A stretch of 64,000 nucleotides of DNA, taken from positions 32,001 through 96,000 of IMG/VR virus record IMGVR_UViG_3300021093_003900; one strand, 5' to 3'. Under the pieces are notes generated by a model. The model searched no databases and was not told where the DNA came from. It was given only the letters and a program-made list of their open reading frames with translations. How positions within the stretch are numbered: the first letter of the stretch is position 1; every line of letters begins with the position of its first letter. Positions 50,421 through 60,582 of this stretch are shown here, piece by piece. The stretch comes from a virus. Position numbers and translations under genes: made by a program.

Positions 50421-50618
50421 GGGGGGAAAATAAGTTGTATTTGTTATTAGTTGACCCTCACTTGCGGTAAGAAGAGTTCCTTCTATGTACCAAACATTAA
50501 CAACTTCATTTGGCATAAGTCGTTGGTCATTAATAAGCATATTATCACCACATCTTCTATAACTGATAGAACTTATTTGGGATAATTGATTTTCAATTGT
50601 GGATTTTTTACAAAACAT
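50091..50618 (-). CDS. Small protein with a mucin-like Thr/Pro repeat stalk
   Basis: About 65-aa head followed by [18 protein letters not shown] repeats. Confidence 0.75.
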   Translation of the reverse strand: MFCKKSTIENQLSQISSISYRRCGDNMLINDQRLMPNEVVNVWYIEGTLLTASEGQLITNTTYFPPTPTQTPSNTQTPTNTLTPTQTPTHTQTPSITPTNTETPTNTPSETVTNTPTPTETPTNTPSETVTNTPTPTETPTNTPSETVTNTPTPTETPTNTPSETVTNTPTPTEP

Positions 50619-50651
50619 TTTTTTTATTTTTTTTATAAATATACGTTGTTA

Positions 50652-51341
50652 CTATAATTTATCAGCCACGTACTCCCAATCAACAACTCTCCAAAAATTT
50701 TTTATGTATTCGTCTCTTCTGTTTTGATATTTTAGATAATATGCGTGTTCCCACACATCCAAACCAAGTATTGGTTTTCCGCCATCTTTAACAAAACTCA
50801 TCATTGGATTGTCTTGATTTGGTGTTGTTATAATTTTTAATTTACCATTATCTTTGAGTATTAACCAAACCCAACCAGAACCAAATACAGTTTTTGCTGC
50901 CTCATCAAACTTTTTTTTAAATTCCTTAAGGGTTCCAAAATTTGAATTTATTCTTGATTCAAGTTTTGTTGGTATTTTTGATGGATTAGGTGTCATCATT
51001 TCCCAAAATAAAGAATGATTATATGCTCCACCAGCATTATCACGAATTAATTTTTCGTTTTCTTTTACCGATGAAACAATCTCTTCCAACGACATATTTT
51101 CATATCGTTTTCCTTTAGTTGCAAGATTAAGTTTGTCCACGTATCCTTTGTAATGTTTTGTATAGTGAACATTCATCGTTGTTGGATCGATAAAAGCCTT
51201 TAGTGATGTAAATGAATATGGTAGTGGTTCAACAACAACATTACCTTGTTTAATCTTGGATTTTTTTTGTTCTTCTATTAATCTTCTACGTTCTTCAATT
51301 TTCTGTTCAATTAACTCAATTCTATTTTCCAAATATTTCAT
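50652..51341 (-). CDS. sod: Fe/Mn superoxide dismutase with a charged N-terminal extension
   Basis: HYTKHYKGY, NAGGAYNHSLFW, FGSGWVWL, NQDNP, DVWEHAYY. Confidence 0.95.
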   Translation of the reverse strand: MKYLENRIELIEQKIEERRRLIEEQKKSKIKQGNVVVEPLPYSFTSLKAFIDPTTMNVHYTKHYKGYVDKLNLATKGKRYENMSLEEIVSSVKENEKLIRDNAGGAYNHSLFWEMMTPNPSKIPTKLESRINSNFGTLKEFKKKFDEAAKTVFGSGWVWLILKDNGKLKIITTPNQDNPMMSFVKDGGKPILGLDVWEHAYYLKYQNRRDEYIKNFWRVVDWEYVADKL

Positions 51342-51377
51342 ACTCCACCAAGACTTTAGTGTCTCTAATAAGTATTT

Positions 51378-53135
51378 TCAATTTCTCTTTTGGTTGATAG
51401 ATTGAAGTATATTTTCAAGTGCATCTCCTTCAAACAACATTGTATCACCCATAACAGTATTGATAATTCTTTTTTTCTTATCTAGAATGTCATAGATAAT
51501 TCCTTCGATTGTATTTTCGAATAGAGGGTAATAAACTACTACTGTATTTTTTTGTCCATATCGGTACGCTCTATCTTCAGCTTGAGAGTGGTCTGATGGT
51601 AGAAACGACAAATCGTTCATAATAACAGTTTCGGCGGCAGTTAAAGTTAAACCAACACCCGCGGCTTTAATATTACCGACAAAGACTTTAACTTTATCGT
51701 CGGTTTGGAATTTATCCACAGCATCTTGTCTTTCTCCTTTTGGTGTTGATCCATCAAGTTTTACCGCGACTTTTTTGAAGTGATTATAAATTGCATTAAG
51801 AGAATCAGTAAAGTTACAAAAGATGATAACTTTTTTATCTTGATCTAAAATATTTTCACACAGTTCTATTGTTTGTGCAACTTTTTCATTTGCAATAATT
51901 TGTCTGACTTTTGCGATTTTGGAAAATTGCATAGTAAGAGAATCGGATTCACCACCTTTGTCATACCACTCGTAATATTCACCCATTACATCTTCATATT
52001 CTTTGGATCTTAATCTCATATAAACTGGTGAGATAATTTTTTCAGGTAGATCTAGTACATCATTTTTTAAACGACGTAGTACAAATGGTTTGGTTCTTTC
52101 GTATAGTTCTTCAAGATTGGAGGCACCACTCACATTCCAAATTTTTCGATTTCCTGCACGGAATTGATACCCATTGCAATATCTTTTGACGTAGGCCATC
52201 CAGTTTTGTGCGACATTACAATCAACAAGATTAAGTAGGTTGAAATAATTAATGGGTCGAGATGTGACGGGCGTTCCTGTTAACAACCAAACTTTATCTG
52301 ATATCTTGGCTATATCATTTACAAGTTTTGTTCTTTGTGCTTGTGTATTACAAATTGCATGAGCCTCATCAACAATAATTAAATCGAACCCTGAATTACG
52401 TATAATTGATTCTACACCCTTTTCCAAACTATGAAAGTTTTTGAGAATGTCGTAGTTGACAATTACATAATCACCATCTTCCCATTTTTTACCCTCAACA
52501 ATTGATATTTTTTTGTTGGTATGAAATTCGATTTCTCTTTTCCAATTAATTTTCAAAGATGCTGGACAAATTACAAGTGTTTTTTTTGAGTTCGACTCTA
52601 GGGACGCGACAATTGTTGTCATGGTTTTACCCAGCCCCAAATCGTCCGCTAAAATGTATTTTTTATTCTCACATAGGGTTTTGACACCTTCTTTTTGATG
52701 TTCGAGTAAAGGTCTATGACTATATTTGTCAAAATCAATTTCTACATTTTTAACCTTGTTGTCTTTGATAACTGCAGCTTTTGGGATCCAAAAGTCATGC
52801 AGCCCTTGGGTCTCAAAATAGTAACCCCAAATATGATAAGCGGTTTCTTTTTCAACCAAAAGTTTTTCTATCCAAATTTGACTGGGTACTTCGGTAAACA
52901 TTTTTTCATCCGCAATTTTATTTGCAAAATAGGAATCTAGTGTCACCCATTTTTTTGCGACCTTTGGTTCTCGTTTATGAAATTTGATGATATACTCGGT
53001 CTGAGTTGCGTTTGGAAAGAATTTAATATTCGTCAATTTTTTTTGACGAAGTTTTAGGATATAGTTATTTGCTCCCGAATAATTATCCAATATATCGAGT
53101 GCTTGGTTCTCTCTTGCGTTTAGTTGATTTTCCAA
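51378..53135 (-). CDS. SNF2-family helicase; probable start TTG at 53135
   Basis: LADDLGLGKT, ICPASL, VDEAH, LTGTP, LRRLK, GVGLTLT, QAEDRAYRYGQ. Confidence 0.92.
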   Translation of the reverse strand: MENQLNARENQALDILDNYSGANNYILKLRQKKLTNIKFFPNATQTEYIIKFHKREPKVAKKWVTLDSYFANKIADEKMFTEVPSQIWIEKLLVEKETAYHIWGYYFETQGLHDFWIPKAAVIKDNKVKNVEIDFDKYSHRPLLEHQKEGVKTLCENKKYILADDLGLGKTMTTIVASLESNSKKTLVICPASLKINWKREIEFHTNKKISIVEGKKWEDGDYVIVNYDILKNFHSLEKGVESIIRNSGFDLIIVDEAHAICNTQAQRTKLVNDIAKISDKVWLLTGTPVTSRPINYFNLLNLVDCNVAQNWMAYVKRYCNGYQFRAGNRKIWNVSGASNLEELYERTKPFVLRRLKNDVLDLPEKIISPVYMRLRSKEYEDVMGEYYEWYDKGGESDSLTMQFSKIAKVRQIIANEKVAQTIELCENILDQDKKVIIFCNFTDSLNAIYNHFKKVAVKLDGSTPKGERQDAVDKFQTDDKVKVFVGNIKAAGVGLTLTAAETVIMNDLSFLPSDHSQAEDRAYRYGQKNTVVVYYPLFENTIEGIIYDILDKKKRIINTVMGDTMLFEGDALENILQSINQKRN

Positions 53136-53147
53136 AAACAAATAAAT

Positions 53148-53178
53148 CAAATATAATAATAAAATAGATATTTATCAA
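53148..53178 (-). promoter_or_regulatory. Bacteroidota housekeeping-type promoter of the helicase gene
   Basis: TTG (53178-53176), 20-nt spacer, TATATTTG (53155-53148). Confidence 0.65.
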
Positions 53179-53180
53179 GT

Positions 53181-53696
53181 ATGGCACAAAATCAAGTTCC
53201 AATAACGAGGTTAGGTAAGTTTTTCGGTCAAGAAGACTTCGATTTGGATGTAAATATGGGTAGAGAATGGCTCGATGGGGATATGAATTTCACCATTGTT
53301 GTCTATCGTGTAAACAAACAAAAAACAAATCAAGACGATGTCTATGGTGAGGCTCTTCCCCAATCTATCGAATTTTTACCACCGATTTCTGTAAATGCTT
53401 ATCTACAGATTTTACAACCAGACAATTCATTTTTGGGTAATTCAAAAATATTACAAAACGAACCAGGTAATATAAAATTTGCAATTTATCAAAAAGATTT
53501 GGATGATTTACAAATATCTATCAGTTTGGGTGATTACATAGGTTATTGGATTACAGAAAATCAAGTAAGGTATTATTCTGTTGTTGATAAAGGTATTCCA
53601 AACTACGACAACAAACATACTTATGGTGGGTATAAACCTTTTTATGTTAGTTACATTGCAACACCTGTAACTGCAAATGAATTTATGGGGATTTAA
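53181..53696 (+). CDS. Head-tail connector/neck protein (gp14-like)
   Basis: VYRV...DDVYGEA, GDYI; first gene of the tail module. Confidence 0.6.
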   Translation: MAQNQVPITRLGKFFGQEDFDLDVNMGREWLDGDMNFTIVVYRVNKQKTNQDDVYGEALPQSIEFLPPISVNAYLQILQPDNSFLGNSKILQNEPGNIKFAIYQKDLDDLQISISLGDYIGYWITENQVRYYSVVDKGIPNYDNKHTYGGYKPFYVSYIATPVTANEFMGI

Positions 53697-53698
53697 CC

Positions 53699-54769
53699 AT
53701 GGCACTACCAAAAAAAGTAATACCAAATATAAATTTAGTTCCTCCAAAAATATTACTTGAGAGGAGAGAACAATTATTGGAGGATATTACAAAAGACGGA
53801 ACATATCTTCCAAAGAATTTAGGATACGCTGATTTAGATAGGGGGTTTTTGGATTTTGTCAAAAATGAACTTAAAACTGTTGTTGAAGGTAAAGTTATTC
53901 CTACTATTGATATTCTTATTACAACACAAAATTGGGCACAATTTACTCAAACATGGTCTTTCCAGGATTTGAATGGTAATACCGAACCACCATTCATTAC
54001 AGTTGTCAGGGTTCCTGAAGTAAAGTACGGTACAAATCCAGCAACACTATACAATATCCCAAATCAAAAAGAGTTTTTTTATGCTGCTGTTCCCACATGG
54101 AATGGTAATGTAAAAGGTTTAGACATTTATAAAATACCACAACCAATACCTGTTGATATTTCGTTTAGTGTGAAAATTATTTGTAATCGTATGAGAGAAC
54201 TCAATGAATTCAATAAAAATGTTTTACAGACATTTGCGTCACGTCAAGCATATACTAAGGTCAACGGACATTTCATTCCAATTGTTAACGCAAACATTAG
54301 TGATGAATCTGTAACCCAACTTGATAAACGAAGATTTTATATTCAAAACTACGATTTTACTTTATTGGGTTTTCTATTGGATCAAGATAAATTCGAAGTC
54401 GCGCCTGCGGTATCTAGAGTCTTGAATGTGTTCGAAACAAATTTCAAACCAATAAATAGAAAAAGAAAAGTTTTTCCAGTAAATGAGGGTGTATTTGATT
54501 TATTAGTGGAAGCAGAAGGAAGTTCACCTGTGATCAAAACTATCAGTGTTGATTATACAGGAACATTCACAATACTTTCAACTCAAAATGTAAGTTCATA
54601 TGATTTATTTGTGAGATTGAACAATAGTGCTGAATTCGACTTTTATGGTACCAATGTCACAAACTTTGAGGTGAATACTGGGGATCAATTAAGGTTTGAA
54701 ATTACACAAGAAAATGCGAATCCAACCTCAACTATTAGCTATGGTGTATCATTGTTAGGATCACCATAA
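53699..54769 (+). CDS. Tail terminator/sheath stabiliser (gp15-like)
   Basis: PPFITVVR, PIPVDISFSVKI; lies before the sheath gene. Confidence 0.55.
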   Translation: MALPKKVIPNINLVPPKILLERREQLLEDITKDGTYLPKNLGYADLDRGFLDFVKNELKTVVEGKVIPTIDILITTQNWAQFTQTWSFQDLNGNTEPPFITVVRVPEVKYGTNPATLYNIPNQKEFFYAAVPTWNGNVKGLDIYKIPQPIPVDISFSVKIICNRMRELNEFNKNVLQTFASRQAYTKVNGHFIPIVNANISDESVTQLDKRRFYIQNYDFTLLGFLLDQDKFEVAPAVSRVLNVFETNFKPINRKRKVFPVNEGVFDLLVEAEGSSPVIKTISVDYTGTFTILSTQNVSSYDLFVRLNNSAEFDFYGTNVTNFEVNTGDQLRFEITQENANPTSTISYGVSLLGSP

Positions 54770-54787
54770 AACTAGATCATACAAAAT

Positions 54788-54943
54788 TTAATTTTCCCCG
54801 TAGATATCTCTTTTCTTGGAACAGTTTTGTTCAATAAGTTTTTCCAAAAACTTGTAAATTTTTATTCCATTTTCATCACAATATTTTTTTAGTTTGGTGT
54901 GTGAATCCAATGAAATTTTAATGTTTTTGGTATTTTTTTTCAT
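54788..54943 (-). CDS. Small ribbon-helix-helix-like DNA-binding protein (51 aa, not in the ORF track)
   Basis: MKKNTKNIKISLDSHTKLKKYCDENGIKIYKFLEKLIEQNCSKKRDIYGEN, a strand-helix-G-helix pattern. Confidence 0.65.
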   Translation of the reverse strand: MKKNTKNIKISLDSHTKLKKYCDENGIKIYKFLEKLIEQNCSKKRDIYGEN

Positions 54944-55059
54944 AAAAGATAAAAAAAGATAATTTTTACTTACTAATATAAATAAGTTTTTGAAAAAAAA
55001 AATACTTTATCAATCGAGATAATATTTATATCAATAAAACCTAAAAAAAATTACATAGT

Positions 55060-58000
55060 ATGGCAACTACCAATAAAATATTTGTTTCCCCTGGTGTTTA
55101 TACATCTGAGAGGGATTTGAGTTTTGTAGCACAGAGTGTTGGTGTTACAACTTTGGGTTTGGTTGGTGAAACTCTTACTGGCCCAGCCTTTGAACCTATT
55201 TTCATAACTAACTACGACGAATTTCAAGCTTTCTTTGGAGGTACTATCCCCGAAAAATTTGTGAATACTCAAATTCCAAAATATGAATTAGCTTATATTG
55301 CAAAATCATATTTACAACAATCCAATCAGTTATTTGTAACTCGTGTATTGGGTCTTTCAGGGTATGATGCTGGACCGGGTTGGTCATTGTCTATTCAAGC
55401 AAATGTCGATGGAACAACAGTTGGATTAACAAGTACAGTATCAACATATACAATTAGTTTGTCCGCAACGACAGGGGGTACAGTTACGTTAACACCAGTT
55501 GGTTCTACATTGGTCGGAACTAATTTAAACAATCCTTTTACACTATTGAATGGAAACCAATCATCCTTTAATAGTCAATTGACTAATCAAATCACGGCTA
55601 TTGTAAATGCATCAGGAACTACAAGTGGTACTTCAATATATTATTTTGGTACTGTATCTGATGCTGAGTATAGTGCTCTCGGTGCTTACACTGCACAGAC
55701 AAACGTTTTTGGTGTTTCAGGATTAACAGATTCGGAAGCCGAATACACATCACCAAACAACGATGCTTGGTATTATTCTAATTTCGATGAAAGTTCCAAT
55801 GGAAATTATACAGGTTATTCATTTATGAGTATTGTAAGTTCTTTGACTGATACAGGATCAGGTAATTATACTGGTACAATTTCAGGAACCGTGTTTAATT
55901 ATTCAGGTGTTTCATACTTGGATTATAACGATGTTGTGGTAGCAACACTTCGTTCGAGAGGAATTTCGAACTATGGTTCAGGTGGAACTGGCCCAAGATA
56001 TCAAGTGACAGGTTTAACGAGTGTTACACTTAATACAACAGGAACTTACTCTGCAGTAACAGAAAACCCTTTTGCTAGATTTGCAATTTCTGGTATAACT
56101 GATGGCGCTAACTCACCAGAAAATTTCCAATTTGTGGTATCGTTGTCACAAACAGACCAAAACTACTTACCTGCTGTGTTGGGTAGAACTAATTTTAGTA
56201 GAAGTAGAACTGAGGTTCCGTTGTTTGTTGAGGAGATTTATCCGACATTACTTACTTATGGGTACAACAAAGGTTATATTAGAGGTATCAAAACCGACGT
56301 TATTGCTACTCCTGGTTTAAGATACACACCAACTACTGGTTCTATTGCAAACTATTTAGAAAGATATAGAGCCGCTGAATCTCCTTGGGTTGTGTCCCAA
56401 CTTCGTGGTAGTACAGTTGAAAGATTATTCAAAGTGTTAACGATTTCCGATGGTAATGCTGCAAATGCTCAAATTAAAATTTCAATTCAAAACATCTCGT
56501 TCAATAATTTAAATTTTGACTTAGGTGTTCGTGATTTCTTTGACACAGATACAAATCCTGTGTATCTGGAAAAATTCACAAATTGTAATATGGATCCAGC
56601 ATCGAATAATTACATCGGTGTTAAAGTGGGTACTTCTGACGGTGAATATACACTTAACTCTAAATTTATTATGTTGGAGTTAGATGCTGATGCACCAATT
56701 AGTTCTCTTCCATGTGGTTTCGAGGGTTATGTGATGAGAGAGTATCCCAATGGATTGCCCCCATTCCCGATCTACAAAACCGCTTATTATTTCCCGGGTG
56801 AAGTTATTTACAACCCCCCATTTGGAACAACTACTGGCCCAGTGTCTTCTCGTGGTATGTCCAATGCGGTACAAAGTTCTGGTGACAAGGTAAGAACTAC
56901 GTTCTTGGGAATCTCAAGTCAAATTGGTTATGATGTTGACTTTTACCAGTACAAAGGAGCACAATACCCTGTAAGTATCTGTGACTCAGAAGCCGCAGAA
57001 CCTTGGGATTACATCACTCAAGGTTTCCATATGGATTCAGGTGCGACAGTTGTACAAATCGCTGTTGGGCCAACTTCTGGTACTCCTGCATTCCAATGTG
57101 GTGATGCATCTTTCCAATCTGATCCTGAAACTTCCGCAAACCCATACTACCAAATCCAAGCTCGTAAGTTTACTTTTTTGGTACAAAAAGGTTTTGACGG
57201 TTGGGACATTTATCGTGAGTATCGTACAAACGGTGACTCATTCATACTAGGTGGTGCTGGGTATCAAAGAGGTGCTTGCGCTTCAACAAGATATCCGAAC
57301 GCAACTGGGTGGGGAGCATTCAAACCTATTAGTGTTTCTAACTTTACGGATTATGCCAATACGGATTACTACGCTTATTTACTTGGTATTAGTACTTTCA
57401 ATAATCCCGAGTCAACAAATATCAATGTGTTTGCAACCCCAGGTATTGATTACGTGAACAATTCAAATCTCGTTGAAGATGCAATTTCAATGATTACCTA
57501 CCAGAGGGCTGATTCAATTTATATTGCAACAACACCTGACTGTAATGTGTTCTTACCGACTATTAATGATAATTTTATTTATCCTACAGAAGCGGTAGAT
57601 AACTTGGATAACACAGGTATTGACTCAAACTACACAGCAACTTATTACCCTTGGATCTTGGTAAGAGATACTGTGAATAACACACAGATTTACATCCCAC
57701 CAACAAATGAAGTTTGCAGAAACTTGGCTCTAACGGATAATATTTCATTTCCTTGGTTTGCTACCGCTGGTTACACTCGTGGTTTGGTCAACGCTATCAA
57801 AGCTCGTAAGAAACTTACACAAGAAGATAGAGACACTTTGTATCAGGGTCGTATTAATCCTATCGCTACGTTTTCTGATGTTGGAACTGTAATTTGGGGT
57901 AACAAAACTCTTCAAATTGCTGATACGGCGTTGAATAGAATTAATGTGAGAAGATTGTTACTACAAGCTAGAAAACTTATTTCTGCAGTTGCCGTCAGAT

Positions 58001-58245
58001 TATTGTTTGAACAAAACGATGCTAAGGTACGTCAGGACTTCTTAGACAGCGTCAATCCTATTTTGGATGCCATCAGAAGAGACAGAGGTCTTTATGACTT
58101 CAGAGTGACTGTAAGCAGTTCTCCAGAGGATTTAGACAGAAACACACTCACTGGTAAAATCTATCTGAAACCTACTAAAGCGTTAGAATTTATCGATATA
58201 GAGTTCTTGATTACACCAACTGGAGCATCTTTTGAGAATATCTAA
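55060..58245 (+). CDS. Tail sheath protein (gp18-like)
   Basis: FVSPGVYTSERD, PWFATAGYTRG, RDTLYQGRINPI, IWGNKT, RINVRRL, LFEQND, KPTKALEFI. Confidence 0.95.
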   Translation: MATTNKIFVSPGVYTSERDLSFVAQSVGVTTLGLVGETLTGPAFEPIFITNYDEFQAFFGGTIPEKFVNTQIPKYELAYIAKSYLQQSNQLFVTRVLGLSGYDAGPGWSLSIQANVDGTTVGLTSTVSTYTISLSATTGGTVTLTPVGSTLVGTNLNNPFTLLNGNQSSFNSQLTNQITAIVNASGTTSGTSIYYFGTVSDAEYSALGAYTAQTNVFGVSGLTDSEAEYTSPNNDAWYYSNFDESSNGNYTGYSFMSIVSSLTDTGSGNYTGTISGTVFNYSGVSYLDYNDVVVATLRSRGISNYGSGGTGPRYQVTGLTSVTLNTTGTYSAVTENPFARFAISGITDGANSPENFQFVVSLSQTDQNYLPAVLGRTNFSRSRTEVPLFVEEIYPTLLTYGYNKGYIRGIKTDVIATPGLRYTPTTGSIANYLERYRAAESPWVVSQLRGSTVERLFKVLTISDGNAANAQIKISIQNISFNNLNFDLGVRDFFDTDTNPVYLEKFTNCNMDPASNNYIGVKVGTSDGEYTLNSKFIMLELDADAPISSLPCGFEGYVMREYPNGLPPFPIYKTAYYFPGEVIYNPPFGTTTGPVSSRGMSNAVQSSGDKVRTTFLGISSQIGYDVDFYQYKGAQYPVSICDSEAAEPWDYITQGFHMDSGATVVQIAVGPTSGTPAFQCGDASFQSDPETSANPYYQIQARKFTFLVQKGFDGWDIYREYRTNGDSFILGGAGYQRGACASTRYPNATGWGAFKPISVSNFTDYANTDYYAYLLGISTFNNPESTNINVFATPGIDYVNNSNLVEDAISMITYQRADSIYIATTPDCNVFLPTINDNFIYPTEAVDNLDNTGIDSNYTATYYPWILVRDTVNNTQIYIPPTNEVCRNLALTDNISFPWFATAGYTRGLVNAIKARKKLTQEDRDTLYQGRINPIATFSDVGTVIWGNKTLQIADTALNRINVRRLLLQARKLISAVAVRLLFEQNDAKVRQDFLDSVNPILDAIRRDRGLYDFRVTVSSSPEDLDRNTLTGKIYLKPTKALEFIDIEFLITPTGASFENI

Positions 58246-58251
58246 TTATAA

Positions 58252-59082
58252 ATGTTAACAGTTAAAAAAAAACGTAATATCATTTCGGAGGGTTTCGATC
58301 AGTTCGGAACCCCCGATTTGAAGTATTATGCCTTTGACTGGGATGATAATATTCTTCAAATGCCAACAAAGATAATGTTGATGGATGATGAGGGTAATGA
58401 AGTTGGTATGTCAACAGAGGACTTTGCAAAATTTCGATCTAAAATTGGAAAGAAAAACTTTGAATATGAAGGTCATAAAATCGTTGGGTATGCAGAAGAT
58501 CCTTTTAGATTTTTTAGGACATTGGGTGATAAAAAATTTTTGTTTGATACCATGAATGCTAAACCAGGACCAGCTTGGTCGGACTTCATTGAAGCTATCA
58601 ATAACGGATCTATTTTTTCTATCATTACAGCTAGAGGGCATAACCCGAGAACAATTAGAGAAGCTATTTATAATATGATCATACAAAATCATATGGGTAT
58701 CAACAGAGATTTACTGGTTAAAAACCTGAAGAAGTATAGAAAGATTACCAAGGAAGGCCCAACAAATACAAAAAATCTTATAAATTACTATTTAGATTTA
58801 AACAAATACTACCCAGTTACCTTTGGCGATGATGGTAGTGCTTCAAATCCAGAAGAACTCAAAGTAAAAGCACTGAGAGAGTTCATCAACTATGTCAAAC
58901 AACATGCTAAAAAATTAAATAAGAAACTCTTTATGAAAGATAAAATAAGTAATAGATTTTTACCAACAATTGGATTTTCCGATGATGATATAAAGAACTT
59001 AGAAAGAATTAAACAAGAATTTATTAAAGAACCTTTATTAAAAACTTATAACACTTCATCAGGAACAAAAACTAAATTCTAA
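58252..59082 (+). CDS. HAD-superfamily phosphatase-like protein
   Basis: FDWDDNI, IITARGH, K, GFSDDD motifs. Confidence 0.7.
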   Translation: MLTVKKKRNIISEGFDQFGTPDLKYYAFDWDDNILQMPTKIMLMDDEGNEVGMSTEDFAKFRSKIGKKNFEYEGHKIVGYAEDPFRFFRTLGDKKFLFDTMNAKPGPAWSDFIEAINNGSIFSIITARGHNPRTIREAIYNMIIQNHMGINRDLLVKNLKKYRKITKEGPTNTKNLINYYLDLNKYYPVTFGDDGSASNPEELKVKALREFINYVKQHAKKLNKKLFMKDKISNRFLPTIGFSDDDIKNLERIKQEFIKEPLLKTYNTSSGTKTKF

Positions 59083-59240
59083 AAAAAATTAAAATAAATT
59101 ATTATTAAGAACTTCTTCAAGAACATATAATCTTTTTTTATAAAATTAACCAAATTCATATAGACAATATCACATTAAAAATAAAAGTAAATAGAAAAAA
59201 ATTTAAAAGCTTATATTTATAAACAAAAAACAAAAAAGTT

Positions 59241-59729
59241 ATGGCTGATTTACTAATGAAAATGCCCGTTCCGTATGAACCGAAAAGGGTAAACCGATTT
59301 ATACTTAGATTTGATTCAACGTTGGGTATTAACGAATGGTATGTTGAATCTACTGATAGACCTTCAATTGATATAGCATCTGTTGCAATTCCATTTTTGA
59401 ATACAGAAACGTATGTGGCTGGAAGATTTAAATGGAATGCTATGAACGTAACATTCAGAGATCCTATTGGGCCTTCGGCAACACAAGCACTTATGGAGTG
59501 GGTTCGTCTGCATGCGGAATCAGTTACTGGTCGTATGGGATATGCTGCTGGATATAAAAAGAATGTTGATTTAGAAATGTTAGATCCAACAGGTGTAGTT
59601 GTTGAAAAATGGATTTTGGATTCATGTATGATAACTAAATCCGCATGGAACCAAGCACAGTATAGTCAAGACGGACTTGCAACACTCGCAGTGACACTTC
59701 AACCAGATCGTTGTATATTGGTCTACTAA
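59241..59729 (+). CDS. Tail tube protein (gp19-like)
   Basis: EPKRVNRF, YVAGRFKW, YKKNVDLEMLDPTGVVVEKW; follows the sheath gene. Confidence 0.88.
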   Translation: MADLLMKMPVPYEPKRVNRFILRFDSTLGINEWYVESTDRPSIDIASVAIPFLNTETYVAGRFKWNAMNVTFRDPIGPSATQALMEWVRLHAESVTGRMGYAAGYKKNVDLEMLDPTGVVVEKWILDSCMITKSAWNQAQYSQDGLATLAVTLQPDRCILVY

Positions 59730-59750
59730 ACTTTAAAAAAAAATATTATA

Positions 59751-59784
59751 AAAAAATCCTGTATATTAATATACAGGATTTTTT
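59751..59784. terminator. Perfect 34-bp palindrome, probable terminator after the tube gene
   Basis: AAAAAATCCTGTATATT / AATATACAGGATTTTTT. Confidence 0.8.
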
Positions 59785-59832
59785 GTTTACTTACAAAAAA
59801 TATCGATTATCTATTATAGTATTTAATTAATT

Positions 59833-60582
59833 ATGGACGAAAATTTGATGAAATACGGTCAAGAGAATTTTTCTCTACCGCACGATGTTGTAAAGCTACC
59901 TAGTGGAGGTAAGTTTTACCCAAATAAAAAAAAATCAGTAAAAGTAGGTTATTTGACCGCTAACGACGAGAATTTGTTAATGGCTACAAATACTGACGAT
60001 CTGATCATTAATCTTCTAAGATCCAAAGTATACGAACCAGATCTGAGACCAGATGAAATGATTAACGGTGATTTGGAAGCCATTCTTATTTTTTTGAGAA
60101 ATACATCATTTGGACACGAATACAATATTAGTGTAAATGATCCAACCACAGGTAAACCTTTCAAAGCTGTGATTGGGTTAGACGAACTCGAGTTTAGAAA
60201 ACCAAACGTAGAACCAGATGATAACGGAACTTGGACTGTTACACTACCAAAGTCACAAACATCTGTTACTATACGTCCATTATTGTATAAAGAAATTACA
60301 GATATTAATCGTCAAGCCGATTCTTATCCACAGGGACGTGTCGCTCCAAAAGTCACTTGGAGATTACAAAAACAAATTGTTTCAATTAATGGTGATAGTC
60401 AGAATCAAACAATTGCTAAGTTCATCGACACACTTCCAATTATGGATTCCAAGTTTATCAGGAATTTCTTGGATGAGAATGAACCAAAGATTGATCTAAA
60501 AAGAATAGTTACAGCCCCGTCAGGAAGTAAGGTCGATGTAGAAGTCACCTTTGGGGCGGAATTTTTTCGTGTATTCTTCTGA
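59833..60582 (+). CDS. Tail assembly chaperone / gp26-like baseplate hub assembly protein
   Basis: VKLPSGGKFY, LTANDENLL, GDLEAILIFLR, VTLPKS, C-terminal EFFR; lies between tube and tape measure. Confidence 0.75.
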   Translation: MDENLMKYGQENFSLPHDVVKLPSGGKFYPNKKKSVKVGYLTANDENLLMATNTDDLIINLLRSKVYEPDLRPDEMINGDLEAILIFLRNTSFGHEYNISVNDPTTGKPFKAVIGLDELEFRKPNVEPDDNGTWTVTLPKSQTSVTIRPLLYKEITDINRQADSYPQGRVAPKVTWRLQKQIVSINGDSQNQTIAKFIDTLPIMDSKFIRNFLDENEPKIDLKRIVTAPSGSKVDVEVTFGAEFFRVFF

